Origin: Candidatus Marinacidobacterium sp.
GTDB lineage: Bacteria > Acidobacteriota > Vicinamibacteria > Marinacidobacterales > Marinacidobacteraceae
NCBI GenBank assembly: GCA_965204755.1
Contig: OZ242011.1
Location: forward strand, 1,408,001 to 1,472,000
Direction: 5' to 3'
Length of the DNA stretch: 64,000 nucleotides
Within the stretch, counting starts at the first letter, position 1; each line of letters opens with the position of its first letter. The notes under the pieces were generated by a model. It searched no databases and had not been told where the DNA came from. It saw only the letters and a list, made by a program, of their open reading frames with translations. Shown here piece after piece: positions 27,837-38,416 of the stretch. The position numbers and the translations under genes were made by a program.

Positions 27837-28961
27837 ATGACCGCTGACGGCATCGTCTTCCGCGACCGGGCGCTGGTTCCCGTCTGGGAGAAGGTCCTCG
27901 CCGGCGAACGGCTCGACCGGCGGGACGGGCTGGCGCTGCTCGAAACCCTCGACCTGCCGGCGCTCGGCCGCATGGCGGACCATGCGGCCCGCCGCCGGAA
28001 CGGCGACCGCGTGCAGTTCGTCGTCAACCGGCAGATCAACCCGACGAACCTGTGCGTGCTGTCCTGCGCCTTCTGCGACTTCGCCGCCAAGCCGGGCGAC
28101 GACCACGCCTACGAGCAGAGCCTCGACGAAGTGCTCGCGCAGGTCTCCGACGACCTTTCCGAAGTCCACATCGTCGGCGGGCTGCATCCCCGGTGGAAGT
28201 TCGACCGCTACCTGGAGATCGTGCGGGAGATCCGGCAGCGGTTCCCCGCGGTCCAAGTCAAGGCTTGGACCGCCGTCGAGATCGACTGGTTCGCCCGGTT
28301 GGAGAAGACGACGATCGAAGACATCTTGGAGCGCCTCCGGGACGCCGGGCTCGACTCGCTGCCCGGAGGCGGGGCGGAAGTCTTCTCGGACCGGGTGCGG
28401 AAGGAGACCTTCAAGACCAAGATCGGCCGGCGGCGATGGTTCGAAGTGCACCGGGCGGCGCACCGGATGGGCATCCCCTCGAACGCCACACTCCTCTACG
28501 GCCACATCGAAACGCTCGGCGAGCGGGTGGACCACCTCCTCCAACTGCGCGAGGCCCAGGACCAATGCCGGAACGAAAGCCGGAACGGGAACGGCGCCGA
28601 GTTCGCCTCGTTCATCCCGCTGGCCCTCCAGCCCGGGAACACCGGATTGGCGGAACGCCAGGCATCGGTGCTCGAAGACCTGCGCACCGTCGCCTGCGCC
28701 CGGTTGCTGCTGGACAACTTCCCGCACATCAAGGCGTACTGGGTGATGCTCGGCGAGGACTCGGCGGCGATGGCGCTGAACTTCGGCGCGAGCGACCTCG
28801 ACGGCACGATCGGCGAAGAGAAGATCGCCCACTTCGCGCAGGCCTCGAGTCCGGTCGGACTGGCGCGGGATCGCCTGATCCGGATGATCCGCGGCGCCGG
28901 CAAGACCCCGGTGGAACGGGACGCGCTCTACAACCCCCTCCGCGTCTGGGAAGCGGCGTGA
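27837..28961 (+). CDS. mqnE: Aminodeoxyfutalosine synthase MqnE (radical SAM)
   Basis: NPTNLCVLSCAFCDF, VHIVGGLHP, VKAWTAVEI, LPGGGAE, HIKAYW. Confidence 0.9.
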   Translation: MTADGIVFRDRALVPVWEKVLAGERLDRRDGLALLETLDLPALGRMADHAARRRNGDRVQFVVNRQINPTNLCVLSCAFCDFAAKPGDDHAYEQSLDEVLAQVSDDLSEVHIVGGLHPRWKFDRYLEIVREIRQRFPAVQVKAWTAVEIDWFARLEKTTIEDILERLRDAGLDSLPGGGAEVFSDRVRKETFKTKIGRRRWFEVHRAAHRMGIPSNATLLYGHIETLGERVDHLLQLREAQDQCRNESRNGNGAEFASFIPLALQPGNTGLAERQASVLEDLRTVACARLLLDNFPHIKAYWVMLGEDSAAMALNFGASDLDGTIGEEKIAHFAQASSPVGLARDRLIRMIRGAGKTPVERDALYNPLRVWEAA

Positions 28962-29002
28962 GCGCTCGCCTGCGCGCCGGCCGGCCGCATCCCCGGTAAA
29001 CG

Positions 29003-29854
29003 GTGCGGCTGCTTCTCGGGCAACTGGCCTACCTGAACACCCGCCCGTTCGAACCGCTGCGGGGGGCGCGGGTGTTTCGCGGTTCGCCGGCGGAAATCGG
29101 CCGGTTGGCCCGGGCCGCGGAACTGGACGGCGGGTTGTTTTCGGCGGCGGACCTGTTCACGGTGGAGGACCGCTACTCGCCGATCGGGGATCCGGGCGGC
29201 TCGTTCGGCATCGCCTGCCGGGAGCAGGCGGGCAGCGTCTTCCTCCTGTCGCGCCGGGAACCTTCGGGCCTCGGGGGAGAGGTGGTCGAGATCACGAACG
29301 AGACCTCGACCTCGGTGCTCCTGCTCCGGCTCTACCTGGAGCACCGGCTCGGGATCGAGCGGCCCCGGTACCGGCGCGGCGTGACCCGGCGCCACGAGGC
29401 GGCGCTGCTCATCGGCGACGCGGCGCTCCGCGAACGGGAACATCCGGACCCGGCGTTCTCGTACCGACTCGACCTCGCCGCCGCCTGGCGGGAATGGACC
29501 GGGCTGCCGTTCGTCTTCGCGGTGTGGAGCGCGCGGCGGTCGTTGACCGCGAGCGCCCGCGCCGGACTGCGGGACACGATCGCCCGCGGCCTCGAACGCG
29601 GGGAGGAACGGATTCCCCAGATCGCCGAACGGGCCGCCGGGCCGCTCGGCGACCCGGAAACGCTCGCCGCCTACCTCGCCGACTTCACCTACCGGTTCGG
29701 GGAGGGCGAGCGGGAAGGACTGGCGCTCTTCCGGCGCGAAGTCCGGGAGAAGGGTCTCGTCGAACCGGGCCCCGGGTTCTTCGCCGACCGCTGGATGGAC
29801 TTCGACTTCACCGCGAACCTCGCCTCGCCGGCGCTCGGAGCGGCGGGCCCGTGA
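29003..29854 (+). CDS. mqnA: Chorismate dehydratase MqnA
   Basis: YLNTRP, TSTSV, LLIGDAAL, WREWTGLPFVFAVW. Confidence 0.9.
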   Translation: MRLLLGQLAYLNTRPFEPLRGARVFRGSPAEIGRLARAAELDGGLFSAADLFTVEDRYSPIGDPGGSFGIACREQAGSVFLLSRREPSGLGGEVVEITNETSTSVLLLRLYLEHRLGIERPRYRRGVTRRHEAALLIGDAALREREHPDPAFSYRLDLAAAWREWTGLPFVFAVWSARRSLTASARAGLRDTIARGLERGEERIPQIAERAAGPLGDPETLAAYLADFTYRFGEGEREGLALFRREVREKGLVEPGPGFFADRWMDFDFTANLASPALGAAGP

Positions 29855-30966
29855 ACCCGGCCGCGCGGTCGAACGGGGCCGGAAGGGAAACGCTGGCCCG
29901 GATCCGGGGCAAGGTGGAAGCCCGCGTCCGGCTCGACGAAGCGGAGTCCCGGTTCCTGCTCGAGGAAGCGCCGCTGCTCGAACTGGGCGAGATGGCCAAC
30001 TTCGACCGGTTCCGCCGGCGCCCGGCCGCCGAAGTCACCTTCGTCGTGGACACGAACCCGAACTACACGAATGTCTGCGAAGTCGATTGCACCTTCTGCG
30101 CGTTCTACCGGCCGCCCGGGCACGAGGAGGCCTACACGCATTCCGTCCCGGAGATGCTCGACCGGATCGCCGGAGCGGTGGACCGGGGCGCCACCACGGT
30201 GCTGCTCCAGGGGGGCGTGAACGAATCGCTGCCGCTCGACTACTACTTGGACCTGGTGCGCGGGACCAAGGAGCGATTCCCCGGCGTCACGCCGCACTTC
30301 TGGTCGGCGGTGGAAGTCGAAGGCATGGCGAAGGTGAGCGGGCTCACCACGCGGCAGGTGCTCGAGCGGCTGCGCGAAGCCGGACAGGACACGCTCCCGG
30401 GCGGGGGCGCCGAAATCCTGGCCGACGGCGTCCGGCGCCGGATCTCGCACAAGAAAGGCGGCGCGGCCGCCTGGCTCGAGGTCCACCGCGAAGCGCACGA
30501 ACTCGGATTCCGCAGCACCGCCACCATGATGTACGGCCACCTGGAAACGAACGAACAGGTGGTGGAGCACCTGCTCGCCATCCGGGAATTGCAGGACGAG
30601 TTCGAGGGGTTCACCGCCTTCGTCCCCTGGAGTTTCAAGCCCGGCAACACCCCGCTGGTCAAGAAGATTCCGGAGTACGCCGGCCCGAACGAGTACCTGC
30701 GCATCCTCGCCGCCGCCCGGCTGGTGCTGGACAACTTCGACCACATCCAGGCTTCGTGGTTCAGCGAAGGCAAGAAGGCCGGCCAGGTCGGTCTCCACTG
30801 GGGCGCCGACGACTTCGGCGGAACGCTGCTCGAGGAGAATGTCCACGCCTGCACCGGTTTCGTGAACCGCACCAGCACCGACGAAGTGAAGGTCCTGATC
30901 CGCGAGGCGGGATTCCGGCCGGTGCAGCGCGACACGCACTACCGGGTCCTCCGGCGTTTCGAGTGA
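29851..30966 (+). CDS. mqnC: Cyclic dehypoxanthine futalosine synthase MqnC (radical SAM)
   Basis: NYTNVCEVDCTFCAFYR, LLQGG, TATMMYGH, FTAFVPW, HIQASW, GADDFGGTLLEENV. Confidence 0.92.
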   Translation: MNPAARSNGAGRETLARIRGKVEARVRLDEAESRFLLEEAPLLELGEMANFDRFRRRPAAEVTFVVDTNPNYTNVCEVDCTFCAFYRPPGHEEAYTHSVPEMLDRIAGAVDRGATTVLLQGGVNESLPLDYYLDLVRGTKERFPGVTPHFWSAVEVEGMAKVSGLTTRQVLERLREAGQDTLPGGGAEILADGVRRRISHKKGGAAAWLEVHREAHELGFRSTATMMYGHLETNEQVVEHLLAIRELQDEFEGFTAFVPWSFKPGNTPLVKKIPEYAGPNEYLRILAAARLVLDNFDHIQASWFSEGKKAGQVGLHWGADDFGGTLLEENVHACTGFVNRTSTDEVKVLIREAGFRPVQRDTHYRVLRRFE

Positions 30967-30976
30967 CGCCGCTCCG

Positions 30977-32308
30977 GTGATCTGGGCGCTCGCGGCGGCG
31001 CTCGCCGGGGTGTTCGTCCTCTCCGCGTTCTTCTCCGGCTCGGAGACGGCGTTCCTCTCGGTGAACTTCCACCGGCTGCGCGCGGTGGGCGGCGAGCGGG
31101 CGCAGGCGGTGCGGCGGCTGAGCAGCCACCCGGAGCGGCTGTTGGGGGCGATCCTCACCGGGAATGTGTTCGCGAACGCCCTGGTCGGGGTGCTGCTCAC
31201 CACCGTGCTGATCGCCGGCGCGGCCACCGTGGAGGAACGCGCGCGCGCCGCGCTCGCCGCCGCGCTGGCCACCTCCGCCGGCCTCCTGGTGTTCGGGGAG
31301 ATGATCCCGAAGAGCATCGCCGCCCGGCATTCGGAGCGGTGGGCGCTGCTCACGGTCCGGCCGGTGCAGGCGCTGCTGTGGTTGTTCGGGCCGATCGCCG
31401 CCGCGCTTTCCTTCCTGGTGGAGCGCCTGCTGCGGCTGTTCGGCATTCCCCGTCCGGCCCGGGAAACGACGCTGAGCGTCGCGGAGATGACCGAGATGCT
31501 CCGGGCCGGCCCGGAAGGGGCGGAAGGCGACCATCGGCGGATCCTCGCCCGGTTGGCGGACGCGACCGGACGGCGGCTCACCGAGATCATGACCCCGCGC
31601 CGGGACATCCGCTGGGTCTCGCCGCAGGCGTCGTTCGCGCTGGTGACCCAGGCGTTCCGGGAGTACGGGCACTCGCGGTTCCCGGTGGCGGGGCCCGGGC
31701 GCGACGAAGTGGTCGGCGTCCTCGATGTGCGCTCCGCGCTCCGCGCCGGGCCGGAGGGTTTCTCGCTGGCGCCGCATGTGGAGCCGGCGCGGTTCTTCCC
31801 GGACACCGCCACGCTCTCGCAGGCGCTCTTGCAGATGCGGAGCCGGGCGAGCCGGATGCTGCTGGTGGTGGACGAGCACGGCGGCATCGAGGGATTGGTC
31901 ACCGCGCCTTCGCTGCTGGACGCCATCCGGGGACCCGGAGCGGAGGAAATCCGCCGGACCGAGGGCGGGGCCTACCTGCTGGACGGGGCGCTCACCGTGG
32001 CCGAAGCGAACGCGGCGCTCGCGTCCGGGGAGTCGTCCGGGGAGTCGTCCGGGGAGTCGTCCGGGGAGTCCGGGGACGACGGGGCGGGCCGCGGCCGGCC
32101 ATCCCGTCCGGCCATCCCGTCCGGGGACGACTACGACACCGTCGCCGGTTTCGTGCTGGAACGGCTGGGCCGGATTCCGGAGGAAGGCGACGGCTTCGCG
32201 ATCCCCGGCGCCGAGATCCGGGTGGAGCGGGTGGAGCGGCACCGCATCGCCGGAATCCGCCTCACGCCGGTCGAGCCGCCCCCGCCGCCGTCCGGCGATG
32301 GAGAGTGA
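30977..32308 (+). CDS. CNNM (DUF21)-CBS-CorC/HlyC membrane protein (hemolysin family)
   Basis: SAFFSGSETA, FGEMIPKS, IMTPR, HSRFPV, VVDEHGG, YDTVAGFV; GESS x4 insertion. Confidence 0.9.
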   Translation: MIWALAAALAGVFVLSAFFSGSETAFLSVNFHRLRAVGGERAQAVRRLSSHPERLLGAILTGNVFANALVGVLLTTVLIAGAATVEERARAALAAALATSAGLLVFGEMIPKSIAARHSERWALLTVRPVQALLWLFGPIAAALSFLVERLLRLFGIPRPARETTLSVAEMTEMLRAGPEGAEGDHRRILARLADATGRRLTEIMTPRRDIRWVSPQASFALVTQAFREYGHSRFPVAGPGRDEVVGVLDVRSALRAGPEGFSLAPHVEPARFFPDTATLSQALLQMRSRASRMLLVVDEHGGIEGLVTAPSLLDAIRGPGAEEIRRTEGGAYLLDGALTVAEANAALASGESSGESSGESSGESGDDGAGRGRPSRPAIPSGDDYDTVAGFVLERLGRIPEEGDGFAIPGAEIRVERVERHRIAGIRLTPVEPPPPPSGDGE

Positions 32309-33518
32309 AGACCGGCCGTCCCGGCCGCAGCCTTCGTCCCGACCGCCGTCCCCCTCGGGCCGGGCGCTGCGGGACGGCGTTCGCCAGCGGGTCCGGCGCG
32401 CCCTCTCGGCGGCGCTCCCCGGGTTCACCGCCTCCTCGACCGGACGGGCGGAGGGCCCGCCGCCCCGCGGCCTCGTCGTCGCCTTCTCCGGCGGTCTCGA
32501 CTCCACCGCGCTGCTGCGCCTGGTCCTCGACGCCGCCGCCCGCCGCGGCGGGGGCCGGCCGGAAGTCGTCGCCGCGCATCTCGACCACGGCCTGAGGGGG
32601 GACTCGGCCGCGCAGGCGCGGTTCGCCGAGGCCGCGGCGGACGCGCTCGGCGTCCCGTTCGCGCTCGGGCGGCGCCCGGTGGCGGCCCGGGCGCGCCGGG
32701 AAGGGACTTCGCTCGAGGCGGCGGGCCGGGCGGCGCGCGCCGAGTTCCTCGCCGAAACGGCGCTCGACCGGGGTCTTCCGGCGGTGGCGCTCGGCCACAC
32801 CCGGAACGACCAGGCGGAGACCGTGCTCCTGCAACTCGTCCGGGGGGCGGGCGGGCTGGGGCTGGCCGCCATGCCGCCGGTCCGCGAGGACCCGCGGGGC
32901 GCTCGCATCGTCCGGCCGCTGCTCGGGGTCTCGCGGGAGGAACTGGCCGCCCTCGCCGCGGCGGAGGGGTGGGAGCACTACGAAGACCCGTCGAACGAGA
33001 GTCCCGACTTCACCCGGAACCGCATCCGCCGGGAAGTGCTCCCGCTGCTGCGGCGGACGGCGAACCCCTCGGTCGTCGAGGCGCTCGCCCGCGCGGCCGA
33101 GTTGCTCCGGGAAGACGAGGCGTTCCTGTCGGCGGCCGCCTCCGCTTGGTGGAAGCGGGAAGGCGTGTTCCGGCGGGAGCGCGGCGGCCGGACCGCCCGC
33201 GCGCCCGCCGCGCGACTCCGGGAAGCGGCGCCGGCGCTCGCCCGGCGCGCGGTGCGGGAAGCGCTCCGCTTCGCGCGCGGCGACCTGCGCCGGATCGGCT
33301 TCGCCCAGGTGGAAGAAGCGCTGGCGATCGTCCGCGCCGGGCGGGGCGGGGCGAGGTGCGACCTGCCCGGGGCGCGGGTGTCCCTGACTCGGGGAGAAAT
33401 CGTCTTCGCCGAACGGACGGAGGCCGGCCCGGCGCCGAACCGGGCGGGTCGAACCGGCCCCGTAGAAACGCCTGCCGAAACGCCCGTCGAAAAGCCCGTC
33501 GAAGAGGAGGACGGGTGA
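32298..33518 (+). CDS. tilS: tRNA(Ile)-lysidine synthetase
   Basis: AFSGGLDS, HLDHGLRG, GHTRNDQAET, RPLL, DPSN, RNRIR. Confidence 0.95.
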   Translation: MESEDRPSRPQPSSRPPSPSGRALRDGVRQRVRRALSAALPGFTASSTGRAEGPPPRGLVVAFSGGLDSTALLRLVLDAAARRGGGRPEVVAAHLDHGLRGDSAAQARFAEAAADALGVPFALGRRPVAARARREGTSLEAAGRAARAEFLAETALDRGLPAVALGHTRNDQAETVLLQLVRGAGGLGLAAMPPVREDPRGARIVRPLLGVSREELAALAAAEGWEHYEDPSNESPDFTRNRIRREVLPLLRRTANPSVVEALARAAELLREDEAFLSAAASAWWKREGVFRRERGGRTARAPAARLREAAPALARRAVREALRFARGDLRRIGFAQVEEALAIVRAGRGGARCDLPGARVSLTRGEIVFAERTEAGPAPNRAGRTGPVETPAETPVEKPVEEEDG

Positions 33519-33605
33519 GTTCCTTGGACCGGCGACCGCAGGCCCGGAGGGAACGGGAGCGCGCGGCGGGCGTTTTCTCCACCGGTCGAAGGCGGGCCCT
33601 CCGCG

Positions 33606-33611
33606 TATAAT
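33606..33611 (+). promoter_or_regulatory. Consensus -10 box upstream of ftsH
   Basis: TATAAT in GC-rich intergenic DNA ~170 bp before the ftsH ATG; no clear -35. Confidence 0.4.
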
Positions 33612-33780
33612 CCGCGCCGACCGACGCTTGGAACTTCCCCCGCAAAACGAACGGATCCGGGCGCGGCGGCGTGGATTCGACGGCCGGAGCGACACCGACG
33701 CCGCGATGCGCCGCCTTCGCCTGCATTCCTTCCCCGAGATGAGTTCCCCGAAGTGAGTTCGCCGAGTTGAGACCGCGCCG

Positions 33781-35712
33781 ATGAGTTCCACGATGAAGAA
33801 CCTGATGTTCTGGCTCGTCGCCTCGCTGGTGCTGATCCTGTTCTGGAATGTCTCGTCGCGCATCTCCGAACGCGAGAACGAACTCTCGTTCACCCAGTTC
33901 ATGCAGCGGGTGGAGGAAGACCGGATCGCCGGGGTCACGATCAGCGGCACCGGCGCCGGCAGCGAGATCACCGGCACCGCGGTGGACGGCAACTCCTTCC
34001 GCACCTACGCGCCGGAGATGGAAGGCCTGGTCGCGCTGCTGCTCGAACGGGGCATCGATGTGGAGGCCGACGACGGCAGCCGCGCTCCCTGGGCGCTCAC
34101 CCTGCTGGGCTGGCTGCCCATCCTGCTCATCGTCGGGTTGTTCTTCTTCCTCATCCGGCAGATGCAGACGCCGGGAAACCGCGCCATGTCCTTCGGTCGA
34201 AGCCGCGCCAAGTTGACTTCGAACCAGCAGAAGAAGGTCACCTTCAAGGATGTGGCCGGCGTGGACGAAGCGAAGGAGGAATTGCAGGAGATCATCGAGT
34301 TCCTGCGCGAGCCGCAGAAGTTCCAGCGGCTCGGCGGCCGGATCCCGAAGGGCGTCCTGCTCATGGGGCCTCCGGGGACCGGGAAGACCCTGCTCGCCCG
34401 GGCGATCTCCGGGGAAGCGAATGTCCCCTTCTTCACGATCAGCGGCTCGGACTTCGTCGAGATGTTCGTGGGGGTGGGCGCGAGCCGGGTGCGCGACCTC
34501 TTCGAGCAGGGGAAGAAGAACGCCCCCTGCATCATCTTCATAGACGAGATCGACGCGGTGGGCCGGCAGCGGGGCGCCGGACTCGGCGGCGGCCACGACG
34601 AACGGGAACAGACGCTCAACCAACTCCTGGTGGAGATGGACGGCTTCGAATCGAGCGAGGGCGTGATCCTGGTCGCTTCGACGAACCGGCCGGATGTGCT
34701 CGACCCGGCGCTCCTGCGGCCGGGCCGGTTCGACCGCCGGGTGGTGGTGCCGCTGCCGGACATCCGCGGCCGGGAAGGCGTGCTCAAGGTGCACACCAAG
34801 AAGATCCCGTTCGCCGAAGAAGTGGACCTCGGGGTGATCGCCCGGGGCACGCCCGGTTTCTCCGGCGCCGACCTCGCGAACCTGGTGAACGAAGCGGCGC
34901 TCAGCGCCGCGCGGCTCACCCGCCAGAAGGTGCGGATGGACGACTTCGAGCAGGCGAAGGACAAGGTGCTCATGGGCGCCGAACGCCGCTCGGTGATGAT
35001 GACCCCGGAAGAGAAGCGCACCACCGCGTACCACGAAGCCGGGCACGCGGTGCTCGCCGCGCTGCTCGAGAAAGCGGACCCGCTCCACAAGGTGAGCATC
35101 ATCCCCCGGGGCATGGCGATGGGCGTGACCATGCTCCTGCCGGAAGACGACCGCCACACCCAGGACCGCGACTATGTGGAGGCGATGATCGCGGTGAAGA
35201 TGGGCGGCCGGCTGTCGGAGGAGATCTTCCTCGGACAGGTCACCACCGGCGCCTCGGACGACATCCGGAAAGCCACCGACCTGGCGCGGCGGATGGTCTG
35301 CGAATGGGGCATGAGCGAGACGCTCGGCCCGCTCAGTTTCGACTCGAACGAGGGCGAAGTCTTCCTGGGCCGGGACTTCGCCTCGCGGAAGAACTACAGC
35401 GAAGGCACCGCGCAGGCGATCGACGCCGAGATCAAGCGGATCATCACCGCCGCCTACGACCGCGCCAGGAAACTGCTCGAGGACAACCGCGCCCGCGTCG
35501 CCGCGGTCTCCGAAGCGCTGCTGGAGCGGGAAGTGCTGACCTCGGAGGAAGTGCAACTGGTGCTCGACGGCAAGACGCTGCCCGAGCCGGCGGCGCCCCC
35601 GGCGGCCGCCGAAGAGGAAGAGCCGAAGGCGGCGCCGGAACCGGCCCGGCCCGCTCCGGAGCGCGCTCCGCTCGCGCCGCCCTTGGTACCGGAACCCGGC
35701 GGAGCCGCCTGA
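33781..35712 (+). CDS. ftsH: ATP-dependent zinc metalloprotease FtsH
   Basis: Two TM helices; [28 protein letters not shown]. Confidence 0.98.
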   Translation: MSSTMKNLMFWLVASLVLILFWNVSSRISERENELSFTQFMQRVEEDRIAGVTISGTGAGSEITGTAVDGNSFRTYAPEMEGLVALLLERGIDVEADDGSRAPWALTLLGWLPILLIVGLFFFLIRQMQTPGNRAMSFGRSRAKLTSNQQKKVTFKDVAGVDEAKEELQEIIEFLREPQKFQRLGGRIPKGVLLMGPPGTGKTLLARAISGEANVPFFTISGSDFVEMFVGVGASRVRDLFEQGKKNAPCIIFIDEIDAVGRQRGAGLGGGHDEREQTLNQLLVEMDGFESSEGVILVASTNRPDVLDPALLRPGRFDRRVVVPLPDIRGREGVLKVHTKKIPFAEEVDLGVIARGTPGFSGADLANLVNEAALSAARLTRQKVRMDDFEQAKDKVLMGAERRSVMMTPEEKRTTAYHEAGHAVLAALLEKADPLHKVSIIPRGMAMGVTMLLPEDDRHTQDRDYVEAMIAVKMGGRLSEEIFLGQVTTGASDDIRKATDLARRMVCEWGMSETLGPLSFDSNEGEVFLGRDFASRKNYSEGTAQAIDAEIKRIITAAYDRARKLLEDNRARVAAVSEALLEREVLTSEEVQLVLDGKTLPEPAAPPAAAEEEEPKAAPEPARPAPERAPLAPPLVPEPGGAA

Positions 35713-35849
35713 GCCGGGGAGAGACGAGTCCCCGGGGTCTTGCCGCCGCCACACGGGCGAGACCGCGGGCGGGAGTGGCCGGTGTTCCGCCGCGCCGCGG
35801 CTTCGCCGCCTGAGGGCGATTCGCCGTTCGGAAGGCGGGGGCGCGGCTC

Positions 35850-36686
35850 GTGACCGAAGCGGTCCGGGGGTTCCTCGAAACGCTGGGCGCCCGGCTGTCC
35901 TTCGCCGACCTGGTGGATGTGCTGCTGGTCGCCGGCGCGATCCATGTCCTGCTGAAACTGATCGAGGGGCGCCGCGCTTCGCAGATGGCGTTCGGGACGC
36001 TGATCGTGGGCGGCCTGCTGGTGGTGACCGGCTTCAGCGAACTCGGCCTCACCACCGTGCAGTGGATCGTCCGGAACACCCTCCCCTACCTGGGAATCGC
36101 CATCATCGTGCTCTACCAGGCGGAGATCCGCACCGGGCTGGCCCGGATCGGGGGCGGCGGCTTCCTTCGCCACCGGCGCCGCGGGCGGGGGCCGGACCGG
36201 AACACCATCTCGGTGCTCGGCGACGCGGCCTCCCAACTCGCCGGCCGGCGGGTGGGGGCCATCGTGGTGTGGCAGGGAACCATCGGCATCAAGAGTTATG
36301 TGGACACCGGAACGCCGCTCGACGCCCGGCTGAGCGCGCCGCTCCTGGTTTCCCTGTTCCAGTCCTCTTCGCCGCTCCACGACGGCGCGGTGGTGGTTCG
36401 CGGGGAACGGATCGTGGCGGCGCGCTGCGTGCTGCCGCTCTCCGGGCAGGAGGCCGCCGGCCGCGCCGGGACCCGCCACCGGGCGGCGCTCGGCATCACC
36501 GAAGAGACGGACGCGGTGGCGCTGGTGGTCTCCGAGGAGACCGGAAGGGCGAGCGTCGTCTCGCGCGGCCGCATCGTGCCGGCCGCGAGCCGTCCGGACC
36601 TGGAAGCGGAACTCGCGCGGGCGCGGTCGCCGGCGGACGCCGAACCGCGCGCGCTCGGACCCGCGATGCCGGAGGCCGCCCGGTGA
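35850..36686 (+). CDS. cdaA: Diadenylate cyclase CdaA/DacA
   Basis: Three N-terminal TM helices; SPLHDGA, GTRHRAALGITE, VSEETG. Confidence 0.95.
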   Translation: MTEAVRGFLETLGARLSFADLVDVLLVAGAIHVLLKLIEGRRASQMAFGTLIVGGLLVVTGFSELGLTTVQWIVRNTLPYLGIAIIVLYQAEIRTGLARIGGGGFLRHRRRGRGPDRNTISVLGDAASQLAGRRVGAIVVWQGTIGIKSYVDTGTPLDARLSAPLLVSLFQSSSPLHDGAVVVRGERIVAARCVLPLSGQEAAGRAGTRHRAALGITEETDAVALVVSEETGRASVVSRGRIVPAASRPDLEAELARARSPADAEPRALGPAMPEAAR

Positions 36687-37714
36687 ACCCCGCGCCCGAG
36701 CCCCCTCCCGGGCCGGTCACCGGCCGCCGCCCGACGCGCCGCACCGAGTTGGGGCGGGCGCTGACCGCCCTCGGCCTGGCGGTCTGCCTCTGGTACTTCG
36801 TCGGCAGCCAGGACGAGGCGGAGATCCTGGCCACCACGCCGCTCGAACTCCGGCATGTCCCGCCCGGGCTCGAAGTGGTGCGGCAGTCGGTGCAGGAGGT
36901 GGATGTGCGGCTCCGGGGGCCTTCGGCGCTGCTGCGGGACGCGCCGCTCGGGGCGCTGCGGGCGTTCGTGGACCTGTCCGGCGAGGACCAGGGGGAGCGC
37001 GCGTGGTTCCTCGGGGTGGAGTCGGTGGAGGCGCCCGCCGGAGTGCAGGTGATGCGGGTCACCCCTTCGCAGGTGGCGCTCCAACTCGGGCGGACGATGA
37101 GCGCCCGGGTGCGGGTGAGTCCCCGGGTGCTCGGCGAACCGGCCACCGGCTTCGAGATCCACCGCATCACCATCGAACCGGCGGCCCTGGTTCTCGAAGG
37201 GCCGGAGTCGCTGCTCGCGGACCTGGAGCAGGTCGCGACCGAGCCCATCTCGGCGCAGGGGCTCCGCGAGACCTACGCCCGGCGGCTGCAGGTCGAACTG
37301 GATCCGGCGCTCCGCCCGTCGGTGCGGGAAGTGGAAGTGCGCCTGCTGATCGGCGAGACCCGGGAGCCGCGCGACCTGCGGCTCACGGTGCGCGCCGCCG
37401 GCGGGGACGACGCCGGTTCGGGCCTCGCCTGCCGGGTGGAGACCGCGCGGGTGGCGGCCTCGCTGCGGATCCCCAGGCACCTGAGCGCGCGGGTCACGCC
37501 GGAGACCCTCTTCGCGGAAGTCTCCTGCGCGGACCTGCCCGAAGGCGTCCACCGGGTCGCGCCGGAACTGCGGTTCACCGAGGCCGGGGCGGAGACCATC
37601 GCCGTCGTGGCGTTCGACCCGGAGACGGTCGAAGTGCGGGTGGGCGAGCCGGAGGCGGCGGCGTCCGGGGCCCCGCTTCCTGCGGCCGGGGCGCGCCGGG
37701 CCCGCGTTCGATGA
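36683..37714 (+). CDS. cdaR: CdaR/YbbR-like regulator
   Basis: GTG overlaps the cdaA stop; LAVCLWYFV anchor; repeated YbbR-like V.LRGP / V.LEGP domains. Confidence 0.85.
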   Translation: MNPAPEPPPGPVTGRRPTRRTELGRALTALGLAVCLWYFVGSQDEAEILATTPLELRHVPPGLEVVRQSVQEVDVRLRGPSALLRDAPLGALRAFVDLSGEDQGERAWFLGVESVEAPAGVQVMRVTPSQVALQLGRTMSARVRVSPRVLGEPATGFEIHRITIEPAALVLEGPESLLADLEQVATEPISAQGLRETYARRLQVELDPALRPSVREVEVRLLIGETREPRDLRLTVRAAGGDDAGSGLACRVETARVAASLRIPRHLSARVTPETLFAEVSCADLPEGVHRVAPELRFTEAGAETIAVVAFDPETVEVRVGEPEAAASGAPLPAAGARRARVR

Positions 37715-38376
37715 CGAAGAAACCGAAGGAGCGGCCCTCGCGCCGCAGCGGGGCGCGCGAGTACTTCGAGTCCATCTGCATCGCGGTGATCCTCGCGCTC
37801 TTCGTGCGCACCTTCGTCTTCCAGGCGTTCAAGATCCCCACCGGCTCCATGCAGGAGAACCTGCTGATCGGCGACCACCTGCTGGTGAACAAGATGCTCT
37901 ACCACGCCGGCGGGGTCGGCCTCGACCCCTCCCGGAGGGTGGAGCGCGGCGATGTGGTGGTGTTCAAGTTCCCGGAGGAGCCGGAGCGCGACTTCATCAA
38001 GCGGGTGGTGGGGCTGCCGGGCGAGACGCTGGAAGTCGGCCGGCGGCAGGTGCTGGTGGACGGCCGGCCGCTGGCCGAGGACTACACCTCCTTCGTCCAC
38101 GGCGGGCAGCCGGGGATGCGGAAGTACCGGGTTCCCGAAGGCCACTACTTCGTGATGGGGGACAACCGCGACAACAGCCACGACAGCCGGTTCTGGGGGG
38201 CGCTGCCGGCGGAGAATGTGAAGGGGCGGGGCCTGTTCATCTACTGGTCCTACGGCGCCCCCCGCGAGGAGTACTTGGAGACCCGGCTCTCGCGGCGGCT
38301 GCTCGACCTGCTGCTCCTCCCGGTGCGCTTCTTCTCGCGGACGCGCTGGGACCGGTTCTTCACGCCGGTCTCCTGA
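37711..38376 (+). CDS. lepB: Signal peptidase I
   Basis: IPTGSM, GDHLLVNK, FIKRVVGLPG, MGDNRDNSHDSRFWG. Confidence 0.96.
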   Translation: MTKKPKERPSRRSGAREYFESICIAVILALFVRTFVFQAFKIPTGSMQENLLIGDHLLVNKMLYHAGGVGLDPSRRVERGDVVVFKFPEEPERDFIKRVVGLPGETLEVGRRQVLVDGRPLAEDYTSFVHGGQPGMRKYRVPEGHYFVMGDNRDNSHDSRFWGALPAENVKGRGLFIYWSYGAPREEYLETRLSRRLLDLLLLPVRFFSRTRWDRFFTPVS

Positions 38377-38416
38377 CCGGGCCGGCGGGCGGCGGGGGCG
38401 GAACCCGCCGGACGCC

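Noticed and set aside
25195-27840. 881-aa + strand ORF with RVAFF/RAAFL repeats
   Set aside because: It is the antisense reading of the KKA(T/A)R repeat gene and then runs out of frame over ubiA and ubiX.
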